Positions 13,808 through 26,344 of a stretch of 64,000 nt of DNA are shown piece by piece. Position 1 is the stretch's first letter; each line of letters begins with the position of its first letter. Source of the stretch: Octopus sinensis (taxonomy: Eukaryota); contig NC_043003.1 in the NCBI RefSeq assembly GCF_006345805.1, positions 24,738,001 through 24,802,000 on the forward strand, in the 5' to 3' direction. A program made the position numbers and the translations under genes. Below the pieces are notes generated by a model, which saw only the letters and a program-made list of their open reading frames with translations, made no database searches and was not told where the DNA came from.

Positions 13808-14417
13808 ATGGATGTAAACAAACCAACACTGGTTGTCAGGTGGCAATGATTAGCTGCCCAGGCCTGTAGTGGAAGACACTTTCACAAGGTCTTAGTGTTA
13901 AGTGGGTCCATCTAGAAAGCTACAAGGTTTTGATCTTGGTGGGGAACTAAGAATGCAGCACTTCAGCATCAAAACCACAGTTACTTCAGTTCATTGCATT
14001 TTAGTAAATAAGGTGGTTTGGTGTGTGTGTTTGTGTTTTATCATGAATCATCATTATATCAGTTTTATTTATATATTAGTTAATTTATTAATTAATTAGT
14101 CCAGCTTATGTTTCATAGTATTCTATTGTTTATTGATTGCTTCTTCCAACAATGGACTTCTCTGAAGGTTTCTTCTATACTTTGGTTACGGAAAGTTCAT
14201 GGCATTTATTTTCATTCCTAACAAACGCCAAGCACATGCACACATGCCGACACAAAGCAACAGAGTCGATCTTTAGTTCTAATTGAAGAAGCCAATTAGA
14301 AAGCCTTTATATATACAGTCACTCGTTGTACAAGAAATAGCAGCCAAAATTTCCTCAACTTACATATTATTGTCTTGAAAACAAAGGTATACATTACATA
14401 ATGTAGTCCTAGGTATA

Positions 14418-14663
14418 ATAAATAAATGCGCCCTTTTAAAGCCTAGCCAAGCTCATGGGCCTGGTTTCTATGGCGTATATGTTCCCCAGCTGGACAGGAC
14501 ATCAGTCCATCGCAGCGTTACTCATTTTTGCCAGCTGAGTGGACTGGAGCAACGTGAAATGAAGTGTTTTGCTCAAGAACACGCATAGCTTGGTCCAGGA
14601 ATCAAATCCACAATCTTACGATCATGGTGCTGACACCCTAACCACTAAGCCATGCGCTTCTAC
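14418..14663 (-). mobile_element. SINE with 13-bp TSD (aaaagggcgcatttattt tail family)
   Basis: TSD agtcctaggtata at 14405-14417 and 14664-14676. Same family as 48703-48963. Confidence 0.85.
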
Positions 14664-14828
14664 AGTCCTAGGTATACAATGCATAAAAGAAAACAAGATG
14701 GTGAGATCATGGCTGGAATATCTTATCAAAGCTCTGTGCAATCAGAACTGGCACCCACACATGTATGCATGTATGCATGTGTGAGAAATTGCAATAAGCA
14801 AAAGTTTATATCATTTGTTCCTAAATAT

Positions 14829-15245
14829 AGGCATAGGAGTGGCTGTGTGGTAAGTAGCTTGCTTACAAACCACATGGTTCTGGGTTCAGTCCCACTGCGT
14901 GACACCTTGGGCAAGTGTCTTCTACTTTAACCTTGGGCCAACCAAAGCCTTGTAAGTGGATTTGGTAGATAGAAATTGAAAGAAGCCTGTCGTATATATT
15001 TATATATTATATATATATGTATTTGTTTGTGTGTCTGTGTTTGTCCCCCAACATCACTTGATAACCGATGCTGGTGTGTTTACGTCCCCCGTACGTTAGC
15101 GGTTCAGCAAAAGAGATCGATAGAATAAGTACTAGGCTTACAAAGAATAAGTCCTGGGGGGCGATTTCTTCGACTAAAGGCGGTGCTCCAGCATGGCCAC
15201 AGTCAAATGACTGAAACAAGTAAGAGAGAAAGAGTAAAGAGTAAA
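14829..15245 (+). mobile_element. Full-length SINE, inverted relative to 13377-13807
   Basis: Reverse complement of the 13377-13807 copy over about 400 bp. Confidence 0.85.
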
Positions 15246-15397
15246 TATATTTCTCCATTGTGAAGCAAACTGGATGATGATAATTTATGTGGAACCCCAG
15301 ACTCAACTGTAGCAGTCATACATCTAATTGTACTAATGTATTAACAGCATACACACACATGCACACATACATACATACATACACATACTTTTTTTTT

Positions 15398-15720
15398 ACC
15401 CCCTTCGGTCATGACACAGACCATGGGATTGCACCTAGAAAGTTACCCTCCTAGACACAATCCGGGCGAGGTTGTTTATGGAAGACCAGCAGTCGCCCAT
15501 GCATACCAGCCTCCCCTCTCCACGCCACCAGTGTTATCCAAGGGAAAGACAAAGGTCGATACAGCTTGGCACCAGTGACGTCGCAACTCATTTCTACAGC
15601 TGAGTGAACTGGAGCAACGTGAAATAAAGTGCCTTGCTCAAGAACACAGCACGCAGCTCGGTCCGGGATTTGAGCTCACAACCTCACGATCATAAGCTCA
15701 ACGCTCTAACCACTGAGCCA
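15398..15720 (-). mobile_element. SINE, inverted relative to 10245-10575
   Basis: Reverse complement of the same family, CpG-rich. Confidence 0.8.
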
Positions 15721-16299
15721 TTACACACATGCATATATGACTGGCTTCTTTCAGTTTCTATCTACCAAAGCCGTTCACAAAGTTTGGTCAGCCCAGGGCT
15801 GTTATAGAAGACACTCATCTAAGGTACCATGCAATGGAACTGAACCCAAAACCAAGAAGAGAAAAACCTATAAATTATTACATTTGGTAGTATTGGTTCC
15901 ACTTGAGTTGCCATGTTTGCGAGTATAAATGCAGTGAACCAGTGACTAGGCTATAATAAACAACGCTGTTGTTTACAAAATATGACAGCAAATAAATCGC
16001 TCATGCATTTGTCTCTGCTCTTTAATAATTCTTCGCTGGACCCCATTCTTATGAGGTTCCATTTTATTGCAATGACAATATGGATTATTATTCATTTTTA
16101 ATAACTCCTTGTTATTGATTTCACTGAACCAGATGTTTGTTTATCTTTATATCCAGCATCTTTCTGTGTTATCATCATCATCATCATTGTTGTCATTGTT
16201 ACCATTTTGCCTGTTATTCAAAATTTTGCTTGGGTTGAGCTGAAGCATTTTAGAATAGAAAAGACTAAGAATTTGGTCTATCTACAGATGTGTGCCCTC

Positions 16300-17300
16300 A
16301 ACTCACCACCAACTTTTGTTTCCTCATAACTTTTTGGAAAATGCATGTCTTTTTAATGAAACTAGCAGTATACCCTGGCGTTGTTCAGGTTTGTTTTCTT
16401 TTCGACCCTTTAGAATTGGAATTTTTGAAAAGTAAAAATTTTGCATTATGTAGCTTGTTATTCTCTTTCAGTGAACAGTTTAATGGTTGAAATACACTGA
16501 AAAATGGCGATACAGCAGTCAAAAAATCTTTAAAAAAATAGGGATTTTCATAGAAAAAAAGCACCTTTTTTATGTAAATAATTTTTGGTCTTAACATGGT
16601 CTGATTTGAATTTTTTATTTTATGGAAGGAAGAGCAAACTTTCTTCTATCATAGTCTCAATTTTGGTCAACTTGTGCTGCAGAGTCTCAGAGGAGATAGT
16701 GTTAGTTGAAGGCTACCAAACCTGCCACACACAGACTTCAGCTTTATATATGTATAGATTTTCCAGAGAAACGTGTTTTTTTTCTCAGATAGTATAGATA
16801 ACAGTTATATCGGAATTTGTTGTGAAATCTTTTTTGGTGGGGATGGTGGATGGAAGATTCACATACTTTGATTTTATTTCCTCATAACTTTCAGAAAAAT
16901 GTATTTCTTTTATTAAAATCTTGCAGAGATATCTCCTTTTGAGTTAGTGTAGCTTACAATTACATCAGAATTTGTTGATTTTTTTTCTTTTTTTCTTTTC
17001 TTTTTTTGCAAGGGCTGGAAAGAGTTTTGGATAATTCACACAAATTGACTCTCTTTCCTCATAAATTTCAGAAAAACGCATGTTTTTTAATGAGATTTTT
17101 CAGAGATAACTTTCAGATAGTAAAGATTATGATCATATCATCATATTTGGTAATAATTTTTGTCAAAGAGGTGTGAAGAGTTTCTGAAAATTTACTCACT
17201 CTGACCTGCCTCGTAACTTTGTGGAAAATGCATATTTTTTAATAAAATTTTCTACAAATACATTTCAGATAGTATAGATAACGATTATGTCTTGAAAATT
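16300..17300. repeat. Degenerate tandem array, about 4 units of 155-177 bp, first unit interrupted by the Helitron
   Basis: Anchor tttcctcataactt recurs near 16320, 16879, 17056 and 17209; tcagatagtatagat recurs near 16787, 17113 and 17265. Confidence 0.65.
16362..16758 (-). mobile_element. Non-autonomous Helitron
   Basis: Minus strand A|TCTATAC...CTAG|T, with a degenerate GC hairpin (ccctggcgttgttcagg) about 10 nt from the CTAG end. No TSD. Confidence 0.75.
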
Positions 17301-17598
17301 TCATTTCATTAACATATATTAAATTCACTCTATTCCAGAAAGGAAAGGGTAGCATTGTCTTCAGAAGTCAATTATATTTTCAACATCATTGTAATCTACA
17401 TCATTCAAAATGTATGAAGAAACAAAGTCTAATTTTCTGCACTAAATTCCAAAATAATTGTATTGTACTTTATCAGAAATGTATTTGTAAAAACAATTTC
17501 ATTTATAGACTTTTTCTATTCCTGAGCATTATACTAATACATCTGTTTGTTTTGTACACCACCTGTCTTTGTCTTTTGTTTTTTTTGTAAACTCTCCC

Positions 17599-18065
17599 TA
17601 TATATATATATATATATATATGTATATGTATGTTTATGTATGTATATGTATGTATGTATATATATGTATATGTATGTGTGTATGTATATATATATATAAT
17701 GTATGTATGTATATGTATATATATGTATGTATATGTACATATATGTATATGTATGTATATGTATGTGTATCTATATGTATATATGTATATGTATATTTAT
17801 ATATGTGTATGTATATGTATATATGTGTATGTATATTTATATATGTGAATGTATATGTATATATGTATATATAAGTATGTATATATGTGTATGTATACGT
17901 ATATATGTGTATGCATATGTATATATGTGTATGTATATGTATATATGTGTATGTATATGTATATATGTGTATGTATATGTACATATGTGTATGTATATAT
18001 ATGTATATGTATGTAAATATATATGTATATATTTGTATATGTATGTATATATATATTTATATATA
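17599..18065. repeat. Compound (TA)/(TATG)/(TG) microsatellite with a 20-bp higher-order unit
   Basis: About 470 bp of near purine-pyrimidine alternation; atatatgtgtatgtatatgt occurs about 6 times at 17881-18000. Confidence 0.95.
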
Positions 18066-18319
18066 TCATCATCATCATCATCGTTTAACGTCCGTTTTCC
18101 ATGCTAGCATGGGTTGATGTATATGCATTTTTCAGAAATTTATGAACAAATATCAAGTTGTAGACAGGAAAGGGTCATATATCTGCAACCCTGTTAAGTC
18201 CATGTCTTGATTCGAACCCCCTTGTGGAACCATTTTATTTCAGTTACATCAGTAATGTCCTTGAGAAAGAGATGAACATTAAGCAATCTTGTTTCTTCGC
18301 TTTGTATATTTTCTAGCTT

Positions 18320-18608
18320 TGTGTCTATATCAATATTATATATTTTACTCCGGAGACAACACACCACCATAACTAGTTTCAATATTTCTCTTCTCATTTA
18401 TTCACTTATTGTCTAACTAACAGCATTTTAGCTGTGTTATGTAATTTAGCAGACTGATTCTTCGTGCTTATATCAATATATATATATTTTAGTCTGGAGA
18501 TAACATAGTAACGTAGCTAGTTTCAATATTTCTCTTATCATTTATTCATTTATTGTCAAACTAACAGCATTTTCGCTGTGTAATAGTACTACTCTGTGTG
18601 CCTATATC
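18320..18608. repeat. Diverged tandem duplication, unit about 143 bp
   Basis: ctagtttcaatatttctctt...catttattca.ttattgtc.aactaacagcatttt.gctgtgt occurs at both 18374-18438 and 18517-18580. Confidence 0.85.
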
Positions 18609-20809
18609 AATGTCATCATCATCATCATCATCGTTTTAATGTTCACTTTTCCATGTGTGCATGGGTCGGATAGAATTTGTTGAGGTGAATTTTCTACAGC
18701 CAGATGCCTTTCTTGTCAAGAATCCTAACTTATTTCCATGTAAGGTAATATTTCCTCATGACCAAACACAGAAGACAGAAAATGGAGAGCCGTTTGCATA
18801 ACAGTACACTTACCTATAACTGTCACATGGTGTCAAGACAAGGAGGTAGAAACACACACAGACAAACCTGGAACTACAGTAGAAGAAACTTACACAAGGT
18901 GCCATGTAGTGGGACTGAACCTGAAACCAGGTGGTTGCAGAGCAAGCTTCTTAACCACACAGCCATGCCTGCACCTAGGACATTAAAAATATATTCAGAC
19001 AAATGGATGATTATAAAGAGACAGAAAGTGAAAGAGCAGAGGAGGTTTTTTTTTGTTTTTTTCCATCATACATAAAGTGACAAATTTACAGAATGAAATA
19101 AGACTATCTGCTGTTCATACCTTTCCTGGAGTTGCTGTTAATCAGATTTTAAAATATAACTATATAAATAAATAACAGACAAATTGCAGGCTCTGCTTGG
19201 CAAGAGTTTTATTATTATTATTATCATCTCAGCAGTGTTAACTCTCGTTAACTATTTATTACTATAGATGAAAACATAATTATTTTTGTCTCGGCACACA
19301 AATATGGTAGGCAAAAATTAATTATTTTTATTTGCTCACTACATATTCTGTGTGTCTGTATATCCCTTTGGCAAAACACTTTTAAACATCCATGCTTAAA
19401 GACCTGATGTATAATTAAAGAACATTTATTTCTTACTAGTTCCACCACTTCTTTCCCCCTTCTCTGTCAACCTACCCCCCCCCCAGCAAATGGCTGCTAT
19501 TATTCAATTATTTATTTTATCTTTTCTATTTTACCCTGCTTCAGTCATTGGACTGCAGCCATGCTGGGACACCATCTTGAAGGGTTTGGTTAAACAAATC
19601 AACAACTGTACTTTTTTTTTTTTTTTCAAGTATGGTACTTTTTGCTGAAGCTAAGTTACAGGGACATACACAAACCAACACCAGACATCAAACGGCGGTG
19701 GAGACAAACACAAACACAAAATGCACACATAGATATAGATATATATATGTATATACATATATTCTTACAGTTACCAAATTCATCCACAGAGCTTTGGTCA
19801 GTCTAGGGGGTATAGTAGAAGATACCTGACCAGTAGTGTGGAGAAAGAAGTCTTGCATCTAGAGTAACTACCAGTCTTCCTCAAAAACCCCTTGGACCAA
19901 ACCTGAGCACATAATTGGGCTGATACAAGACCAACCTTGACCAACAGCGACCCTAAAAATTAGATTTGCTTGGTATAGCAAAGTATGTCCCCAATTCTGC
20001 TGAAAATCTAAATTTCTTTTGTATTTTCACTGGGTTTTAACTTCATACCATTTTCTCATTCATGGATTCTTTATTTTAATGTCTCCTCTGCTTTCGTTGC
20101 CTTTTTTTTTTTTGTGTGTGTATGTGTGATTTTTAATGTTATAGACCTAGCTATCGATTTTATTTTAATTTTCAATTATAGTCGGTCATATGATAGCTAT
20201 CTTGACGGTTTGAAATAAAGATTAATGATATATATTCTAACTGGTAATGTGATGTAGTTTCAAGTTTTAAGTACACAAGACTTTCAAATGGTCGGCACAT
20301 TAATTTAGTTTCCGATGTAACAGCCAGTGGTTTAATTTGACATTCTGTATTCGAAACTTCATGGTCGTGTTGATTTTCTGACAGTTTTTTTTTAATTCTC
20401 TCTCTCACACACACACTCTCTCTCTTTCTCCTCTCTCTCTTCCCCTCTTTCTCCTCTCTCTCTTGAATGCTCTGTCTGTACAGAAGTACTATATTGAGGT
20501 ACAGTTTACACACTAGAATCTGTAAAGCCAGTCTGAAACGGATTGTCATTATCATCATCACTTTCATCACCACCTCCACCACCATCATCAAAGTTGTTAA
20601 CACACAGGACAAAATGCTTAGTGGCATTTCTTCCGAATTTACATCGAGTTCAAATTTGGCTGAGGTCAGCTTTGCCTTTCATCCTTTCAAGGTTGATAAA
20701 ATGAATACCAGTTGAGCACTGGGGTCAAACTAATTGACTCACCCCCTTCCCCAATATTTCAGGCATTGTGTCTACAGTAGAAAGAATTATCATTATCATT
20801 ATTATTATT

Positions 20810-21250
20810 ACTGTTTATATCCATTTATAGCATGAGTCAGATGGCCCCCAGCATTACAGAATCTTGCCACTCATCGTAGTCCTTTGTCATCTCGATCATT
20901 GAATACCATATCCTGAGTTCAGCCCTACACTACTTCTTATAACCTCCTCAGAACTTTTTCTTTCATAGGTTCCTTCCATTGGATCTGTTGGCACTCCTTT
21001 TCACAACTTTTACCATCCAAAAGCACTGGTATGTCCATGTCAATACAATCTCCTCTCTCTCCCTCTGTCTTGCATATTATAACTCATTCTTCTAATTCCC
21101 AGAATTTTCTCTCAACTCATTTGTGCTCGATCATTCATTCATGCTAACATTACACATCCAGAGGAACTTTACTTAATTTTTCTTCAGCCTTCATACATCC
21201 TCCACATTCTGTCTCCTTATTTCTCTACCATGAAATATCACATACGTAAA
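20810..21250 (-). mobile_element. RTE-clade LINE 3' end remnant
   Basis: Minus-strand fragments WMCNVS, TNELRE, RRLY*HGH and MTKDYDEW resemble the RTE ORF C-terminus. Tail catctgactcatgct...aaatgga then (taa/tga)n. Confidence 0.65.
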
Positions 21251-21511
21251 CTGGTTTGCATTTGGCTAAGCTGATCTGAGAGCTGAAATTCCATATTCAA
21301 CCAGCTTCATCATTCTGGCTGTTCAATTCTTTGTCCAAACTCATAGAGCAGCTCAAGAAAATGGAACTAGAAGCTGGATGTCTGTTTATCTGTTTCCAGT
21401 AAATAAATAACAAGTAAGCATCTTCAAATTGACTTCTTTTTTTTTTTTTCACCCCCCCCCCCCCACCATCCTTTTTTTACCAAGATGCCAACACATGAGC
21501 ATTATCTCTTC

Positions 21512-22161
21512 TCTTTACTTGTTTCAGTCATTTGACTGCAGCCATGCTGGAGCACCACCTTTAGTTGAGCAAATCGACCCCAGGACTTATTCTTTGGAAG
21601 CCTAGTACTTATTCTAGCAGTCTCTTTTGCCAAACCGCTAAGTTACAGGGACGTAAACACACCAGCATCGGTTGTCAAGCGATGCTGGGGGGGACAAACA
21701 CAGACACACAAACATGTACACACTTATAAACATATATATATATATATATATAGATATAGATATATATATATATATCTTTTCTACTCTAGGTACAAGGCCA
21801 GAAGTTTTGGGGTAGGGACCCAGTCGATTAGATCGACTCCAATATGCAACTGGTGCATAATTTATCGACCCCAGAAGGATGAAAGGCAAAGTTGACCTCG
21901 GCAGAATTTGAACTCAGAATGTAAAGACAAACGAAATACAGCTAAGCATTTTGCCCGGCATGCTAACATTTCTGCCAACTCGCCGCCTTATATATACGAC
22001 AGGCTTCTTTCAGTTCCCGTCTACCAAATCCACTCACAAGGCTTTGGTCAGCCCGATGCTATAGTAGATGTTACTTGCCCAAGGTGTCACACAGTGGGAC
22101 TGAACCCAAAACCATGTGGTGTGTGAGCAAGCTACTTACCACACAGCCACTCCTGCGCCTA
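21512..22161 (-). mobile_element. SINE interrupted by a nested second SINE (21776-21990)
   Basis: The host family sequence resumes on both sides of a Meta-like SINE inserted in its internal (TA)n tract. Confidence 0.8.
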
Positions 22162-24225
22162 TGTTGTTTTTTTTTTCTGTTTCCATTTTGTTTCATGTAT
22201 GCCTGGAAGACATACAATAAAAGATGATGCAGATGGTCATGACAAGGACAATGATGATAGCAATGATGATGATTTAACATCCTTGTTCCATGCTGGTGTA
22301 GGTTGGATGGTTTGACAGAATCTGAAGAGTTCAAGAACTGCATTATGCTCCACTGGTCTACGTGGGCATGTTTTCTATGACTGGATGCTTTCTTTTTTTA
22401 TGGTAGCCGCATGAGTGAGGTTGTCAGACAGCTTGCAAGACTACAGATCTCAAGAGAGACAACTTTATGCTGGAAGGATTAGAATATGATAAAGGGGACC
22501 AGAGCAGAACAGGTTTCTTGTTGTAGAGAAAGTACATGGCTGTTGACATTTTAGAAGAAAGGTTGGGTGGGATGGAGAAGAGATAAAAATAGTGATGATG
22601 AGACTATTGTGTGGGTCTTCAAGATATGAGATTAGTAGAAATAAAAGAGGGAAAGAACTAGGAGTGTGGTTGCAAAGTGTATGGGAGAGTGGGAGTTAGA
22701 GAATGGGTGAGACAGTGTGTGTGTGTGTATAAAATCAGCATCATTTAATATCTATTTTCCATGCTGGCATGGATTGGATGGTTTGACAGGAGCTGGCAAG
22801 TCAGAAGACCACTCCAAACGTCACTGTCTGCTTCAGCATAGTTCTTATAGCTTGATACCCTTCTTAATGCCTACTACTTTACAGAGCAGACTGGGTGCTT
22901 TTTTTGTTGGACCAGCAGCAGTGAGATCACTAAATAAATCACAAGACAAGCTGCACCCCCCTCAGCTGACCTTGTTTGAATTGATTTTTTAAATAATTAA
23001 AAAAATTTTAATCCCTTGACGCTGGTATCACCCGAAGCATTCCCTACTCCATTCCCTAAATTTGGATATATATATGTACATACATACATACATACATACA
23101 TACAGCAGATTTCTTTCAGTTTCTGTCTACCAAATTCCCTCACAGGGCTTTGGTCAGCCCAAAGCTATAGTAGACTACACTTACCTAAGGTGAGACACAA
23201 CCCAGAACCACATGGTTGGAAAGTAAGCTTCTTACCACACAGCCACTCTTGCACCTGTGGAAGCTATAGTAGCGATGTGTCAAAACAAAAAAATTGTATT
23301 ATTGAAAATTGTGGTAACGGTGTAGGAGAAAGTGTTGTAATGGTTTCACTAGAAGTCATTGTAGGAGCTATGATAGTTGTGTAGCAGGAAGTGTTGCAGT
23401 TACTGTGGTTAAGGCATTGTTAGTTCCACAGTTGGCGTAAGACCATTTCTGTAGTTTCCCTACTATGTGAAAAGTGTGTAGAGTCGTCAGAAATAACATG
23501 ACAAATCCTGTAAAAATATAACTCAAAAGAAAATATATTATAAAAAAAAAATTTTATTTAGAAAAACAACATTTTTTAATACATTTAGCTCAAAGCAATC
23601 TCACTACATCCACAATCTTAAAATCTGTTTTGCTTCTTCCTTAAATAGCAACACACATTTGTTTGTTTCTCAGTGTTTTAGTGAAAAATACACATTTCAT
23701 GTGTTTAGTATTCCAAGGTTCTGAATTGTTTTGATTTAAAAAAAAAATTTTTTATCTATTTTATTTTCTGATTTATTGTTGGTTAGTAATTTTAAACAAC
23801 ACCGTGACAGTATTTACGTATTTATTTATTTACTTATTTTAATAACAAGTGAGTTATGATTTGCATACAGAAATAATTAACGTACAGATGTTATGTTCCG
23901 AAATATGCTGTAAATTGTCCGTACTTTATTGAAGGACTGAAACAACACCTCGCCCACAATATAAACTCTCCGTCTCAATTATAATTTTATCATTGCAATA
24001 CCTTCATGGGAGAGGTTGGGGGAGGGTTGTTTGTTTTTATGCAGGCCTAGAGTTAGCAATTTATATCAGCTTGATTTTTTTTTTATATCTGGCACTGATC
24101 GGTGAGGGAGTGTTTGAATATCATGTAAAGTCACGATATCATGTAGAGTGCTATAAAGAATTAATGACTTTGTAACTGAAAGCTAAGTAATATTTAAATG
24201 TGTTATAAGTATATAGCTAGATAGA

Positions 24226-24535
24226 TATATGTATATAAGTGTGGGGGTGTATGTATATATACTTGAGTATTTATATGTATGTATGTATATGTACATGCAT
24301 GTATTCATATATATATGTATGCATATGTACATGTGTATTTATATATATGTATGTTCACATATGTGCGTGTGTGTATGCATATATATATATGTGTGTGTAT
24401 TTATATATATATATGTATGCATACATATATACATGTGTGCATTTCTATATGTATGTATGCATATATATATGCATGTATATTTATATATATAGATAGATAG
24501 ATAGATAGATATATATAGATAGACATATATATAGA

Positions 24536-24590
<55 letters not shown>
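24226..24590. repeat. Compound TA/TG/GATA microsatellite
   Basis: Directly visible. Similar blocks at 28317-28400, 30290-30600, 46380-46520 and 59810-60110. Confidence 0.95.
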
Positions 24591-24907
24591 TATTCTTATA
24601 CAAGTATGTTATTCACAGTGACTTCGAAGTTTCACCCAGCTGAGCCATTATCAGATTGCCCATCAGATTAATGTAAAATAAAAACAAGCATTAATATGTA
24701 TGTATGCATGCATGCATGTATTATACACACATGCATAGAGAGAAAGAGAGGCTGTGTAGTTAAAGTTTGTTTCCCAATCACATGGTTTCAGGATCAGGTT
24801 CAATCCCAGTGTGCAGCGCCATGGACAAGCATCTACTTTAACCATGGGCCAACCAATGCCTCAAGTGTTGACTTGGTATTCAGACAGAAACACAGCATAG
24901 ATATACA

Positions 24908-24952
<45 letters not shown>

Positions 24953-26344
24953 GTGGTGAATGAGTAAGTGTGTGAGTGAGGGAACGAGAGAATGAGTGAG
25001 TCTTTGTGTTCGCTTACCTTTGCTCTTCTCTGAAAATCACTCAACTACAGGTGGTGATGTTACTATCACATCTGCCATCAACAAGTTATTTGTTGGCTTT
25101 GCACTTTCAAAGACATTTGAAATAAAGAGATCCCTTACTTGAAAAAAACAGGTAAGGGTTAGCAACAAGAAATGTACCCACCTGTTAAACAATACTTCAA
25201 TGATATATGCATCTCTTCTGTGCTAGCTTGGAAAAAAAACAAGTATAAAAATGAATTAACAAAAGGTGTACGTGTGTATTGGGCACATACACACACACAT
25301 TATCATCATCATCATTGATATGCACACACATACACACACATAGTCCAACCCATGCAAGCATGAAAGTTGGAAGTTAGAAGTCAATGATGTGTGTGTGTAT
25401 GTATGTATGTATACAAGAGAGGGAAAGATCTATGTGTGTATAGATTAGATGCAATGTGTATGACAATTCATTACCTATCAATTCTTGTTTTTTCTCCAAA
25501 ATAAGAGACTTTTAAAGAAGTACTTATAGCAAATCAGGCATTAGAATTCTTGACACAGTAAACTAATTAAATGTAAATTTTTGAAAGTATTTCTTGTCTA
25601 TTTTAATTTGCTTTAGATAAATATTGATGGATGGTTTTCTGGTTTGATATACACATTAAGTCTTGCTCTGTATATTAAAAGAAAAACAACGAGATGTTGT
25701 GTCATTCATACATTTACCAAAGACATCCGGTTATATTTTACTAAAAACAAATTTTTTTTTAAATATTTTTTTTTCTTATTTTCTTATGCTACCTGAGTTT
25801 AGTTATTTGCTCAAAGCATTGTGCTACAAGAAAATATAGTTTGAGGGAATGTTTCTTAAAAATGTAGAAGAATGCATCATTTAAGAATTCATTGCCTTTC
25901 AGGTACGAAACCAATCAACAGAGGAAAGCATTAAAAAAAAACCAGTAGCAATGAATGATAAACTATTAATATTTCTGTAACTGTTTCCCTTTGCTGGAGG
26001 GTTTTTTACCCGAAGTATGAGGAATTAATTATTCTTTTATTTGTATTGTAAGCTTTCTGTTAAATTCTATTTTGCGAGTGTTGAGGGAAATAATTCCAAT
26101 CAAGGATATTTGTTAGGTCTTACCTTGGCTCTGTACCCTCAAGGCCTGACAGCGTCATAGAGGTGCCATCGTGACACCCAGCATATTTTGGGCATTTTTA
26201 GACATGACAGAATCCATCCCTTTCCAGATATGACCATCACCAACTTTTTAGAAAAAAAGAAAGAGAGAAGAGTCACAGTACAGGACTAATATTTTAATAA
26301 CCCCTGAAAAAACGAAAGGCTAAGTTGACAATTTATATATGTAT

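Noticed and set aside
17534-18117. Many overlapping ORFs rich in Y/I/M/C/V/H/T (also near 24229-24500, 28242-28513, 30325-30893, 46031-46742, 59804-60188)
   Set aside because: They are translations of (TA)/(TG)/(CA) microsatellites that lack stop codons; no coding signal.
25903-25962. Good acceptor (ctttcag|GTA) followed by a 20-codon frame VRNQSTEESIKKKPVAMNDK, as a possible third duplicated exon
   Set aside because: No GT donor after codon 20 and no matching hydrophobic register.
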